Positions 30,776 through 42,010 of a stretch of DNA of 64,000 nt are shown one piece after another. Position numbers and translations under genes: made by a program. Location of the stretch: assembly GCA_012295275.1 (NCBI GenBank), contig CM022665.1, forward strand, positions 36,084,001-36,148,000, written 5' to 3'. Under the pieces are notes generated by a model. The model was not told the origin of the DNA, did no database searches, and was given only the letters and a program-made list of their open reading frames with translations. Positions within the stretch are counted from its first letter, which is position 1. The number at the start of each line of letters is the position of its first letter. Source of the DNA: Chrysomallon squamiferum (taxonomy: Eukaryota; Animalia; Mollusca).

Positions 30776-33700
30776 GTAGCTATCTATCTATCTATATGTT
30801 TTGGTTTCTAGTCTATGCCCAAATCAACAAGAACAAATTCCTAGCTATAAATAAGTATACTGACATCAGTGGGTTTCCTTTGTTATATCATTGTCATTAT
30901 GCTTGACATTTAATAATAATATTAAAATGTGTTTAGAAGTCGTTAAACAAATATTTACTCACTCACTGATTATTTCACTTATTTCGTTGCCTTGTAAGAG
31001 AAAGGTACCTTATAACGCTGCAGTATATAAATAACCAACTTCATTATACAAACAAGCGTGTATGGACAACTTGCATTATCTATAGTTATATGAAGCAGGT
31101 AGTCATTAACTACGTAAATAAACTTTTATCGTTGTTGTTGTTGTTTTTATAATCATCTCCTAGTTTATTTCGAGAAGATAATTTTTAACTTATTGATTAG
31201 TCATATATCGTTGTCTTGCAAGAGAAAACAACTTCTAAATTATTGTTGAGATTAACCGACTAAAGGAGCATCCAGTATTGACCCCACGGGGAAGAAAGTG
31301 TGCTTAATTTGTTTCTCTGACTTGTTTTTGTTTTAGTTCTGTACAATAATTGTTTCTAATATTATCAACGCCTACATTTGTACTGAAATCAAATTACAAT
31401 CGATCACTGTAAAGGGCGCTATCAAAGCAGGTGCATTGGCCTTCGCAGCGGGAATAAACAATACCAAAATATCGTAGAAAGATGACGACAGCAGGATGGA
31501 ACGGAGCTAAGAACTGCAAAAAACCCTGTCAAATGAAATTGCAACCTGTCATGGTATTAAAGAAGACCATGTATGCAAACGTCTTTGTTTACAATCTACC
31601 ATCGGTGTTCAAATAAACAACAAAATTACTGTTTGGTATACTGCAAAGTGATTGTTCTATTTTTATCGAAGCACCGGTCTTTGATGTTGACAATGATATA
31701 TGCTAATTATTTAACAAGTTATTTCCCCAACATTTCTAGTGCCTCGTGTGTTATCGAGGTTTAAAATCTAAATTTAGCAATGAGAATAAACCATTACAGT
31801 TTTATTTGTTATTATTCTCCTTGTTGCTGCTGTTGTTGTTTTTTGTTGCAAGTATTGTTTCTTCGTTTCTGCTTCTTTGTCTTCTACTTTTTCCTCTTTG
31901 TTTTCATCATCATCATCATTTTATTATTATTATTATTACTGTTGTTGTTGTTGTTTATTGCTATTATATTATTATTTTTTATTCTCAACTTCAACAACAT
32001 AATTTTTATACTTTTTTTTAATTTTTTTTCTGATACTTCAGTAATTGCGTTGAAAACAACATAATATTGACAAACAAATCAAGAGATTCTTCGTGGCTTG
32101 TTACGCGTCTATCAAAACAATTTTAGACTTGGAATCGATGCAACTAATCGAGACTCACTTCCGCCAGTCGGGTTTTATTACAGAAAGAGTTGCCTTAAGA
32201 AGTCGCAAAGCATCTTGGGAATGCGGCCCGACTGTCTGACATCTTAGACTGAACTTTCAGGGTCCAGATAAACCGCAGAGAAATGCGACTAAATAGTATT
32301 ATTAAATTATAGCGTCTGCCACTGAAAATTACACTGGTTTTACAATCAACAAACAAAACATAGGCAAAAATCAGTTTAGAAACACAGCAAGAGCAACAGC
32401 AATAACAATATCATGAGTAATAATTGTATTATTTAGCTTACGCCACAAGTAGTAGTAGTAGTAGTAATAATAATAATAATAATAATAACAATAATAATAA
32501 TAACAATCATAATCATAATCATAATCATAGTCAATAACAATAACAACAAATATCAACAAACATTCAACTACCAAAAAAAAATAAAAAAAAATAAAACAAA
32601 AACAAAACAAAACAAAATAACAACAACAACAAGAACAAAAAACCAATCCTACAGTAACAACGATAACAAAATAAATAAATATATACCTCCGAATCACTCT
32701 GGAACATAAAATACAGCATATTGTCATCAGAAAATTTTAAACGTGTATATTATAATCTAAGCTATTAGCTAAAATAAATATAAAATAAAAAGAATAAAAA
32801 AATTTCCGGTTTTGTCGTTCAGTGTCTATTTATTACATCCTGCTCACATTTTGTCACATTTATTACATTCATTATGCGTATTGATCTAATGTCATCGCGA
32901 AATGACACGAAAAATATTAAATAATGCTAAAGGTAATAATATATATAATTCAGGCCAGCATCTTCGATATTCTGTACTAACCCATTAACATCTGCAAAAT
33001 ATGTTTGTGATATGCATTCATATCCAAGTACCAAAAGGTGAAATGCAGACTGTTGTCAAATAATTACTTCAGAAATAAACATCATATTACAATAATGTTT
33101 TCTTTGGTAATTCAAGCCCATAATCAACTCATAACGATGACTTTCATATATCGAACAATGTAAATAAATACATCTTTTATAACTGCAGTGCTGATAGTAA
33201 ACAGTGTTTTCAGAATTCCACCCCCAGCTAAATACCGGTAGTTGTTAAATAATAAACATAACTGTAAATTATTATTTTTTTTTTAGAATATCAGATACAG
33301 AAAATGACCAGCTTTATTCTCCAGCACAACAAAAGATGACATTTCAAAGTGTTCACAAAAATATTTAATCTTTTTATGATTAACAACTATGTTAGAACAG
33401 CTTTGAGGATGTCGTGATTACAGTTTCATACAGTAATAGGCAGATGGTTTCTGTCAGATATTAACTACGGCGTAACAGTTGATAATTTGACACAATATGG
33501 ATTTTTGGTTTCTTAATTGCTTTTTATGAAGTCTGTTTATACCCTTCTACGTTACAAGAATCCGCGCAGTTAGCCATAAAAGTGGTGGATACTAAATCTT
33601 ACTAATCGTTGAATATTTACTTTTGTGAGACCATTAGGTTGGCAACACCCACGCAGTCTGTCCAGTGGTGATTTCTTAATGTTCATTTCTCATTTGTGGC

Positions 33701-35227
33701 ATCTCCGAGCTTGCAGACTTTGTAATGGATGGGTCTCATGGGCAATGGAAATTTGGGGGACTCCATAGATTTTTTGACGGGTGATACCAGTGTACGATAC
33801 GCTAACTTGCTAGCCTCCAAAGAGCAATCAAAGAGCAAGAAATCTGACCCGATTAATTCTTGTAATTTGTCCTCGAATCGATTTTGGTGCTATTTTGATG
33901 ACGCCAGCTGCTTCGCGCATACTCGTTTTACGTGACTGATTTCCGCTGTTTCTAAAAGCCAACACGCCGATGTTTATGCTACGTGACTATCTCGTGTTTT
34001 TGTCGAAAGGAACAACACGTCATATTTTGTTATTTTCAGTCACAACTGATGTTTCTATTACAAGATGATGATGATAATTACGTTGGCTACAGAAATTTTA
34101 TTGTTGCCTTCTTGTTCTTCTTTTTATATTTTTTTCCCATAAAAAATATGTTTGTTTTTATCTTTATAAGTGTTTTTGGTTATTATTTTTTATGTGTACG
34201 TTTGATTCCTAAGAAATGGCTGAAGTATCTTTTTTACAGAGGTATAAATAAGTATTTGAACAGGCCAAGAACCAGAAATTATCAGCGTTTATGATTTTTG
34301 TTTGTATAAATTCATTAAGGACTGCGAGACAACATTTTTATTTTTTTTTAAGAAATGATAAATAATAAATTTACAAATTAATTAAAACTTAAAAATAAAG
34401 TAATAGTGGAATATATAACAGTGATATAATTATACAAATAAAGAAGAATCACACATCTTTGTGCTGATAATTGTATTTATACCTTTCTGTTTCACGAGCT
34501 TATGGATCTTACTAAGCTATTTGATTCATATTTTAAACTAATAGCTACTGTTTTCAGGGTTTTTTCTTCAGTCTAAATCTACAATAGAAGCATACAAGTA
34601 TAGTCTTAATCCTCAGTACAGCATCATAATGTATGCAATATTTCACTGTTATTAAGATAATATTTTTAATGCATATTCCTGATTATCAAATTGACTTGTA
34701 ATTAAAATATTTTTACAGACATATTTGAAAATATATCATATGAACTTGGTTTACTCAATTATTATGTTTAATGTGTTTTTGAATATTAGCATATAAAAAA
34801 GCATTACCTAGTTAGTTAAATGAAAATCATTATTATGTCGAAAATGTTCAGTATGTTGACATAACATTATTATATTGTTTATACCAGATGTATTTAATTA
34901 TGGCTGTGACACATAAAATACAGAAAATGCATGTGAATATTTAAACATATACTAGAGCATCATGAAATAAAAATGTCGCTATCACTGTAGATACTGGGAT
35001 AAAGTTATTAATTTAGACAAATTAATTTAGATACAGGATTCATATAATTAATACATTATTTTGATCTTATAAATTAATTTCACGAATAAGGGATAAATGT
35101 ATTAAATGAATGACATTATTTTAAATACAGGTATAATGGATTGATGTTTTAAAATAAAATGATTTGAAAATTAATACAGATGATGTTAACAGTGATTTAT
35201 ATATATTTTTTCTTTGTAGGTCACTAG

Positions 35228-35431
35228 ATGCTGTCTACCGACATGGTTTCACCACTGGTGCTCGGTGTGGTGTGTGGGGTGTCTGTAGTTGTTGTTGGCA
35301 TCGTTGGGGTCGTGCTTTACATTTTATATCGAAAACGACATCGTGCTACAACCTGTGTAAGCACTAGAAACGGCTACGAGGCTGTAGGAGACTGCAAACC
35401 ATCTCTTATGTCTATATCATCATCATCCCAG
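35228..35431 (+). CDS. Syt: Synaptotagmin coding exon 1 (start, TM helix, juxtamembrane region)
   Basis: Acceptor tctttgtAG at 35218-35219; in-frame TAG immediately before ATG 35228; hydrophobic [25 protein letters not shown] then RKRHR; donor CAG|GTAATA at 35432, phase 0. Confidence 0.85.
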
Positions 35432-36738
35432 GTAATAACTGACACAACTGTTTTATGTAGAAGATATAAATTGAGATTCTGAGAGGTAATTTTAAGTAGA
35501 ACATAGTCTTAATCGTGTTACATATGAACTGAAATATCTACTGCAACTGTCAAATTCTGAGATGCACTTTTATGTAGAACTTAGTCTTAATCGAATTATA
35601 TATTAACTGAAATATCTATTACAAATGTTAAATGCTTCAGTATTATGTAAAACATAGACTTATGTATGAACTGAAATATCTACAGTTGTTTTACGTAGAA
35701 TGTAGTCTTATTTGTCTCAGGTATGAACTGAAATATTTACTACAATTGTCAAATACTGAGACGCAATTTTCTACAGAACATAGTCTTAATTGTTTTACAT
35801 ATGAACCGAAATATCTACTACAGTTGTCAAATACTAAGTTACTGTTTTATTTAGAACATAGGCTTAATCAACTCGGCTATTAACTGGAGCAGTTCTTTGT
35901 AACTGTTAAGATATCATTTTTCTTTTTAAAAATAATGTAGTTTTTATCTAGTTAATTCGGAAGGTATTAAAATAAAAAAAATTCTGGAAACAGTGACATA
36001 AGTGTGTTTTGTTAATAGTTAATATAAATTCAAAGAATGTAAAACATCCTGGTTTTTTTTTCTTGTTTCTTTTTATGGTTGCTGTTATTCAAAACATGTT
36101 TTCATCAAGGTTGTTTTCCACCATTCTTGTCGTTTCATGTTTCAGTCTTGAGTTTGGAACGAATCATTTTGTGACAGATAACAGAGATGACTGATGACTG
36201 CTGTTCTTTTGTTAATTAAAGATTTAAGAAAGTTTATCATGTCTTGAACCAAACATCATAAAATTATTAGTGTGAAATATATACATACATACATACATAC
36301 ACACATACATATAATTAACGTACATATAAAAAAATCATGCATTTGATTTACTTCATCCGAAAAACAAATTTCGAACCTTTTATGTATTGTTAAATTGAAT
36401 GTCAAGCTTACATATATCTTTTTCATCTTCCGAAAATAAAATCTTTTCTAGCTTTTTATGGTAGTGTACATAAATTCTTATTAATTTAAATATAAAAATG
36501 TAAAATTTACATACGTGTATATCCTTTTTTAAAAATGTTTTCTACACATTTTTTTTATATATGTTCTTGAAAATACAAAATATATATTTTTTTTAGATTT
36601 TTATATATATATTTATCCTTTTCAGCTTCCAAAAAGAAAAATATATATATTTTTTAATTAACACTTTATTTGACTTAAATACAAATATTATTGATATATT
36701 TTACTTCCTTCAAAACGAAATTTCTTTTGAATTATTCT

Positions 36739-36770
<32 letters not shown>

Positions 36771-37461
36771 AATAAATAATTAACTTAAATATATTAATTT
36801 TATATTTCTTTTACCAAAAGCTAAATATTTTGTATTTATTTTTATTTTTATTATTATTAATTTTTTTTTTTTTTTTTTTTTTATCTTCTATTAATGGATT
36901 ACGAATCGAATCGTACCTTTTCGGAATTAAAATAATAATAATAATAATAACATTAAAAAAAAGCGAAAAAAGTCAATTGACTTGATTTAAAGTTCAGATG
37001 TTATCACTGGCAGTTTATCGATGACCGATTTCGTTAACAGCAACAGTGACGTATCTAGATTTAATTAAGTGTAACAGTCTACAGAATGTGGATTTATTGA
37101 GGCACTGCTGCACTTTTCTGACACTTCGTGCATTTAATGTTGCTTGATTCTTGCCACCCACGTGAATACAAGAACACTTCGCCTTCCTGCGTCTGAAGCA
37201 CTCTTGTACAGAAAGGCTTTAGGGTGTTAAAGAAGATAAACATTTAACGATAACGAGCAGAAATGTCGAAATTTTCTTTAATTTTTTACATGGATGTAGC
37301 TTGAAGGTAATATCGATAAATGTTTTAAATTCGTGTTTTTATTTCATGTTTTTTCTAAAAAAAAAAAAAAATGAATACCGAAGGCAGAACTGCTTTACTC
37401 TGAACTGAAATGACTCGACTGAAGTATTAAGCAAAAAATCGCGTTTGTCATATAAATAATA

Positions 37462-37545
<84 letters not shown>

Positions 37546-37895
37546 AAATAATTACCTTTCATTTCATTGAACATTAAAGAAAGAAAAATTAATAAATCAT
37601 TATTGTTGTTGTTGTTCTTTTTCTTTCTTTCTTTGTTAGCATGATGCGTGCTGTGTCCTTAATTCGAGAAATAAATATCTCGCATACTGGGAAAATGACT
37701 GGCTAGTCATAGCAGCTTGTTTTATCTCCATGATTCATGATGTATTTAACATTTGACGATCACGTTTCCGCCCATTCTACTTATTTTATAATATTTTAAA
37801 TTTTCAAATCTTTTCTAGTGCCCTTCCCATGACTACGCTTTGATTTTTGTTTTGTTTTATATTACTTAAACAAACAAAAAATAAACAAAAAATAA

Positions 37896-37936
<41 letters not shown>

Positions 37937-39773
37937 CAGCAATATATGGAAAAATAAAACTTTAAAAAAATAAATAAAGAAAAGAAAAATAATAAAAAAT
38001 ATCCTGAAATCGGATTCATTTCAAACAAACAGTAATAAATCATTTAATACATTTATATGTAATAGTTTACATTTGTTTTTCTTTTGAATTATTTTCGTGT
38101 AGGAAGTATCCATATCCAAAGAAAGTAGAACGGTCCAGCCACGATCGGCATCAATGTCTACGGCATCGCACGGCAGTATACGCAGCGACATCATCACGGA
38201 CGACACCAGTAGCATCAGCGCGCGCAGTGACGCAAGCGTGGACAGCTTCATTTTTGACGCAAATTTTGGTATGCACTCGATATTAATACTATTAATAATG
38301 ATTTATATCTGCACATATCACATGTTCTTAATCGAATTATTAAATGTAATTATTAAATCTATAAATATGAAGAGACAGATTGTTTGTTTAACAGAGACTT
38401 CGGCATTCATCAATAAAGCTAATGGGTCTTAATTATGACAGTGAAGTTATTATGCCAAGCCAGAAACAAGTCTTGTTTTGTTACTGAGAGAAGTGGGGTC
38501 TGTTATACTAAAGAAATGCTTGGACGCTCGTGTATATTATTTCTTACTGTTATGATACTGTTTAGAGCAGTCAATGCAGCCATCTAGACTTTGTTTCTTA
38601 AATGTGTTTGTGGTAGTAGTTTTTTAAATGCGTCCCAATCAGAGTGAAAGTAAAACTTGAGATCCACAATTTAAATATAAACAGCTCTTACTGTTTCTTC
38701 TTAGATAGATAGATACTTGCATAAAAAGGATAGTTATATAAATCAATGATGATACTGCAATATTTTTTTTTTTTTAAATAAAATAAAAATATACCTCAAA
38801 TGCTTAAATACACTGAAAACATGGTTAAACTGTTTGGGAAATACCAATGCCACAAATTACACTTTGTAATTCTCTACATATTATTAATTTTCGGAATTTT
38901 TGTATTACTGGCAACAAACTGAAACACTTTTCAAACAATTAATTCTTAGAAAAAATATATTTTAAAAGCTGAAATACTGAAAATTTAATGATATAATTAA
39001 CACCTTTAAAAAAAACTGTCATAATAAACGTTTATTAAATTTTTGAAAACTATTCCAGGCGCTATCAGGCCAGATCTGTACCCGAGGAAAGACATCGTGC
39101 TGCAGCAGGCCTCTCTCGACGCCGGCCACGGCAGACTTCACACGAGATTAAAATACGATTTCCGCACCTCAGACCTCGTTGTTCATCTCATTGAAGGTGA
39201 GAAAGCTTTTAACACTTTTTACTTGGCAGTCTTCTTCTTCATGCCTAATGCCTTGTCCACATGATACAGTGTAAGTGACAAAATACATTAATGTCAAGAG
39301 AAACATTTTCTTGTTATAATCCAGTCTCTTGAAGTCGACGTATGCGAGATACCAAATGCGTTGTTAAGATAATAATTCACAATCTTTTTCATTATACGGA
39401 CTGAGCAGTGAGGCGACGTGGTTTCTAGATTAGTGCGTCCAGCGTAATTACATCTCTTGTAATTAAATGCTTTGACATTTGGACTGTAATGGCGTTCGTC
39501 ATTAGCGATATTAATATCAGACTATGCAGGGAAGAAGATGAGATAGATATATGGATAAGCCGAGGATATATAGATAAATGGACATAAATACACATACTGT
39601 AGAAAGACATACATTTGTGCGATTATATTTGGACTGAGGGTTCCATGGATGGACGAATAGACAAGACGGATGGATTGGTTAATGAATCAATGGACAGTGA
39701 AATGAAAGATAATCATACGTAATTTCGTGAAGAGATAGAAATATCGACATACAAACAGACAGACAGACACATT

Positions 39774-39806
<33 letters not shown>

Positions 39807-39875
39807 GTATATCTATATATATATGTATATCTATATATCTATATATATGTATATCTATATATCTATATATATATA

Positions 39876-39974
<99 letters not shown>

Positions 39975-41161
39975 TAAATAAAAATTAATGATGATGTTGA
40001 AAATAGACTCACATAGACTGATAAACAAATAAAAAGACTTTCTGAATTTTTGAAATCTACGCATCCATTCAGTCGGTTTTGTCTTACCAAATGTCATTTT
40101 TCTTTTCTGTCAGCGCAAGATCTTCCGCCATCAGAGTTATTAGGCGGCTTCAATGACCCGTACATTCGGATCGCTATGGTACCGTCTGTCGACGAACGCA
40201 TTCGGCAATCATCGGTGAAAAGGCGGACGTCCAATCCGTATTATAATGAGTATTTTAAATTCCCAGTGGCCTTCGATGACGTCAAAGACAAGATGCTAGC
40301 ATTCCATATATATGACTATGACAAATTTTCGCGGCACAATCTCATTGGCCAGGTTGAAATTGATTTGGGAAAAATTGAAATCAGCAACAGCGTTGAAATG
40401 TGGTGTGATATTCAAAAACACCAACAGGTAAATCGCATTTATAAAATTTTGGTACAGTGACATTCAGATTTAACATTATGTAAAGCTTAACTTAAATAAG
40501 AACATAGGAAGATCCGAAAAATTCGAAAAAATGTACTTATTGCTTGAATATGATCATGCTTTGCTCTCCTTTACTTCACTCATGTTTCGGCACAGACTGA
40601 ACAATATTTATCTCTCTCTTTCTCCCCCCTCTCTGTCTCTCTTTATCTTTCTCTCTGTCTCTGTCTCTCTCTTTCTCATCAGTTATTGATACAGATACAT
40701 TTCGATGCATACACTTACATGAATATACATGCCACATATATAGATAAATAAATAATCTATCCAGACATCCATCCTTCCTCTCATAGTCCAAAACACCCAT
40801 CCACCCAGTCATATATGGATACTCATATACCTCTATTTCTAATTATTTTTATTTACAGCCTATTGGAGTTCTTGGCGAACTGTTAATTTCTCTGAGTTAT
40901 CTCCCCACCGCTGAACGTCTCACCGTTGTCATCATGAAGGCAAAAGATTTAAAAGTGTCCAACACAACAGCGTCTGCTGGTATGTGAATATTTCCTTTGT
41001 TGTTTCATTAATTCGTCAATGAAAATAACAATAATATTAAGATTCTGTTGATATTGGGACCCGTAATATATTACATAAAGTTATCTTATTACCATTTATC
41101 AATACTGATGTTGGGGAATTATCATCCTAGACAATTCATCGTCATCATCGTTATTTTCATG

Positions 41162-41214
<53 letters not shown>

Positions 41215-41603
41215 AATAGTACTGCTGTTGAGATCCATGCAACTATTGAATTGGTTCTAATCTATTTTAAATGATTATAAAACTGTTAACATTTTCAGAT
41301 CCGTACGTAAGAGTCTCATTGCTTATTGAAGGCAAGAAGGTGAAACGCAAGAAGACGTCTGTACGTCGTGGATCCGTCACGCCTGTCTGGAACGAGGCTC
41401 TAGCCTTCAACGTTCCCGCAGAGTTGTTTCCGAAAGTTGGAATCGAGGTCTGTGTCATGGATCACGATCTGATTGGCCACGGTGAAATCATAGGACGTTG
41501 TCTGATTGGTCCAAATCGCACAGGTTCAGAAAAGACTCACTGGGATGACATGATTCAGAATCAGAGAAAGTCTATAGCTTTGTGGCACCATTTACGAAAA
41601 TGA
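35228..41603 (+). CDS. Syt: Synaptotagmin family protein (TM + tandem C2A/C2B), spliced CDS join(35228..35431,38103..38268,39059..39196,40114..40427,40859..40979,41299..41603), 415 aa; probably invertebrate Syt-alpha/beta-like
   Basis: Manual splicing gives an uninterrupted 1248-nt ORF with GT-AG introns of phases 0,1,1,0,1. Architecture: TM helix followed by RKRHR; GAIRPDLY pre-C2A motif; C2A ([29 protein letters not shown]); C2B ([27 protein letters not shown], polybasic [13 protein letters not shown], terminal WHHL). Subfamily assignment is from recalled similarity to Drosophila Syt-alpha/beta and needs a phylogeny. Confidence 0.95.
35445..35887. repeat. ~78-bp intronic minisatellite, 5-6 diverged copies
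   Basis: Recurring tagaacatagtcttaat...atgaactgaaatatctact...gtcaaat, beginning just after the exon-1 donor. Confidence 0.85.
37464..37543. repeat. Intronic (CT)n microsatellite
   Basis: Perfect dinucleotide run. Confidence 0.97.
38103..38268 (+). CDS. Syt: Synaptotagmin coding exon 2 (Ser-rich linker)
   Basis: Acceptor ttttcgtgtAG 38101-38102; GC-rich open frame [20 protein letters not shown]...FIFDANF; donor G|GTATGC at 38269, phase 1, matching the next exon. Confidence 0.85.
39059..39196 (+). CDS. Syt: Synaptotagmin coding exon 3 (pre-C2A motif and start of C2A)
   Basis: Acceptor ttccAG 39057-39058; GAIRPDLY...[22 protein letters not shown]; donor G|GTGAGA at 39197. Confidence 0.92.
39775..39971. 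repeat. Intronic compound (TA)n-type / (AG)n microsatellite
   Basis: Interrupted TA tract followed by a perfect AG run at 39917-39971. Confidence 0.95.
40114..40427 (+). CDS. Syt: Synaptotagmin coding exon 4 (C2A core)
   Basis: Polypyrimidine tract and cAG 40112-40113; [20 protein letters not shown]...[15 protein letters not shown]...WCDIQKHQQ; donor CAG|GTAAAT at 40428. Confidence 0.95.
40859..40979 (+). CDS. Syt: Synaptotagmin coding exon 5 (start of C2B; missed by the ORF track)
   Basis: Acceptor tttacAG 40857-40858; [40 protein letters not shown]; donor G|GTATGT at 40980. Confidence 0.93.
41299..41603 (+). CDS. Syt: Synaptotagmin coding exon 6 (C2B core, stop)
   Basis: Acceptor ttttcAG 41297-41298; [20 protein letters not shown]...WNEALAF...[21 protein letters not shown]; TGA at 41601-41603. 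Confidence 0.95.
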
Positions 41604-42010
41604 CATTTAAATATCAGGGAAAGTCGATAGTCTTATGGCACTATTTAAGAAAATAACGTTAAGTATCAGAAACAGTCGAGAGCCTTTTATGGCACCATTT
41701 ACGAAAGTGACGTTAAATATCAGAGTAAATCAGAAGTCATATTGTAACATAATATATATATAAAAATTATGTTAACCGTCTTAGTAATTAATAAATTTAA
41801 GCCACCATCTACGAAAATGACGTTGAATATAGAAGTCAACAGCCTGAAGGCACTGTGTGAAAAAAAACATTGGATGTATCAGTAGCCTTTGTTATGATAA
41901 TGACATTCAGTATCACAGAAAGTCGATAGTCTTGTGGAAAATGACGTTAATAGTGAAAGTCAATAATATTGTGACACCATCGTCGAGAAAAAACAAATAT
42001 GACGTTAAAT
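41560..42010 (+). repeat. ~53-bp degenerate tandem array whose first unit is the end of the synaptotagmin CDS
   Basis: atcag unit starts at 41560, 41613, 41665, 41719; further decayed copies (caccat...gaaaatgacgtt; agaaagtcgatagtcttgtgg) at ~41800, ~41910 and ~41955-42010. Confidence 0.88.

Noticed and set aside
35164-35367. Cys/Trp-rich alternative-frame ORF over the TM exon
   Set aside because: Shadow frame of Val/Gly (GT-rich) codons; starts in intron sequence.
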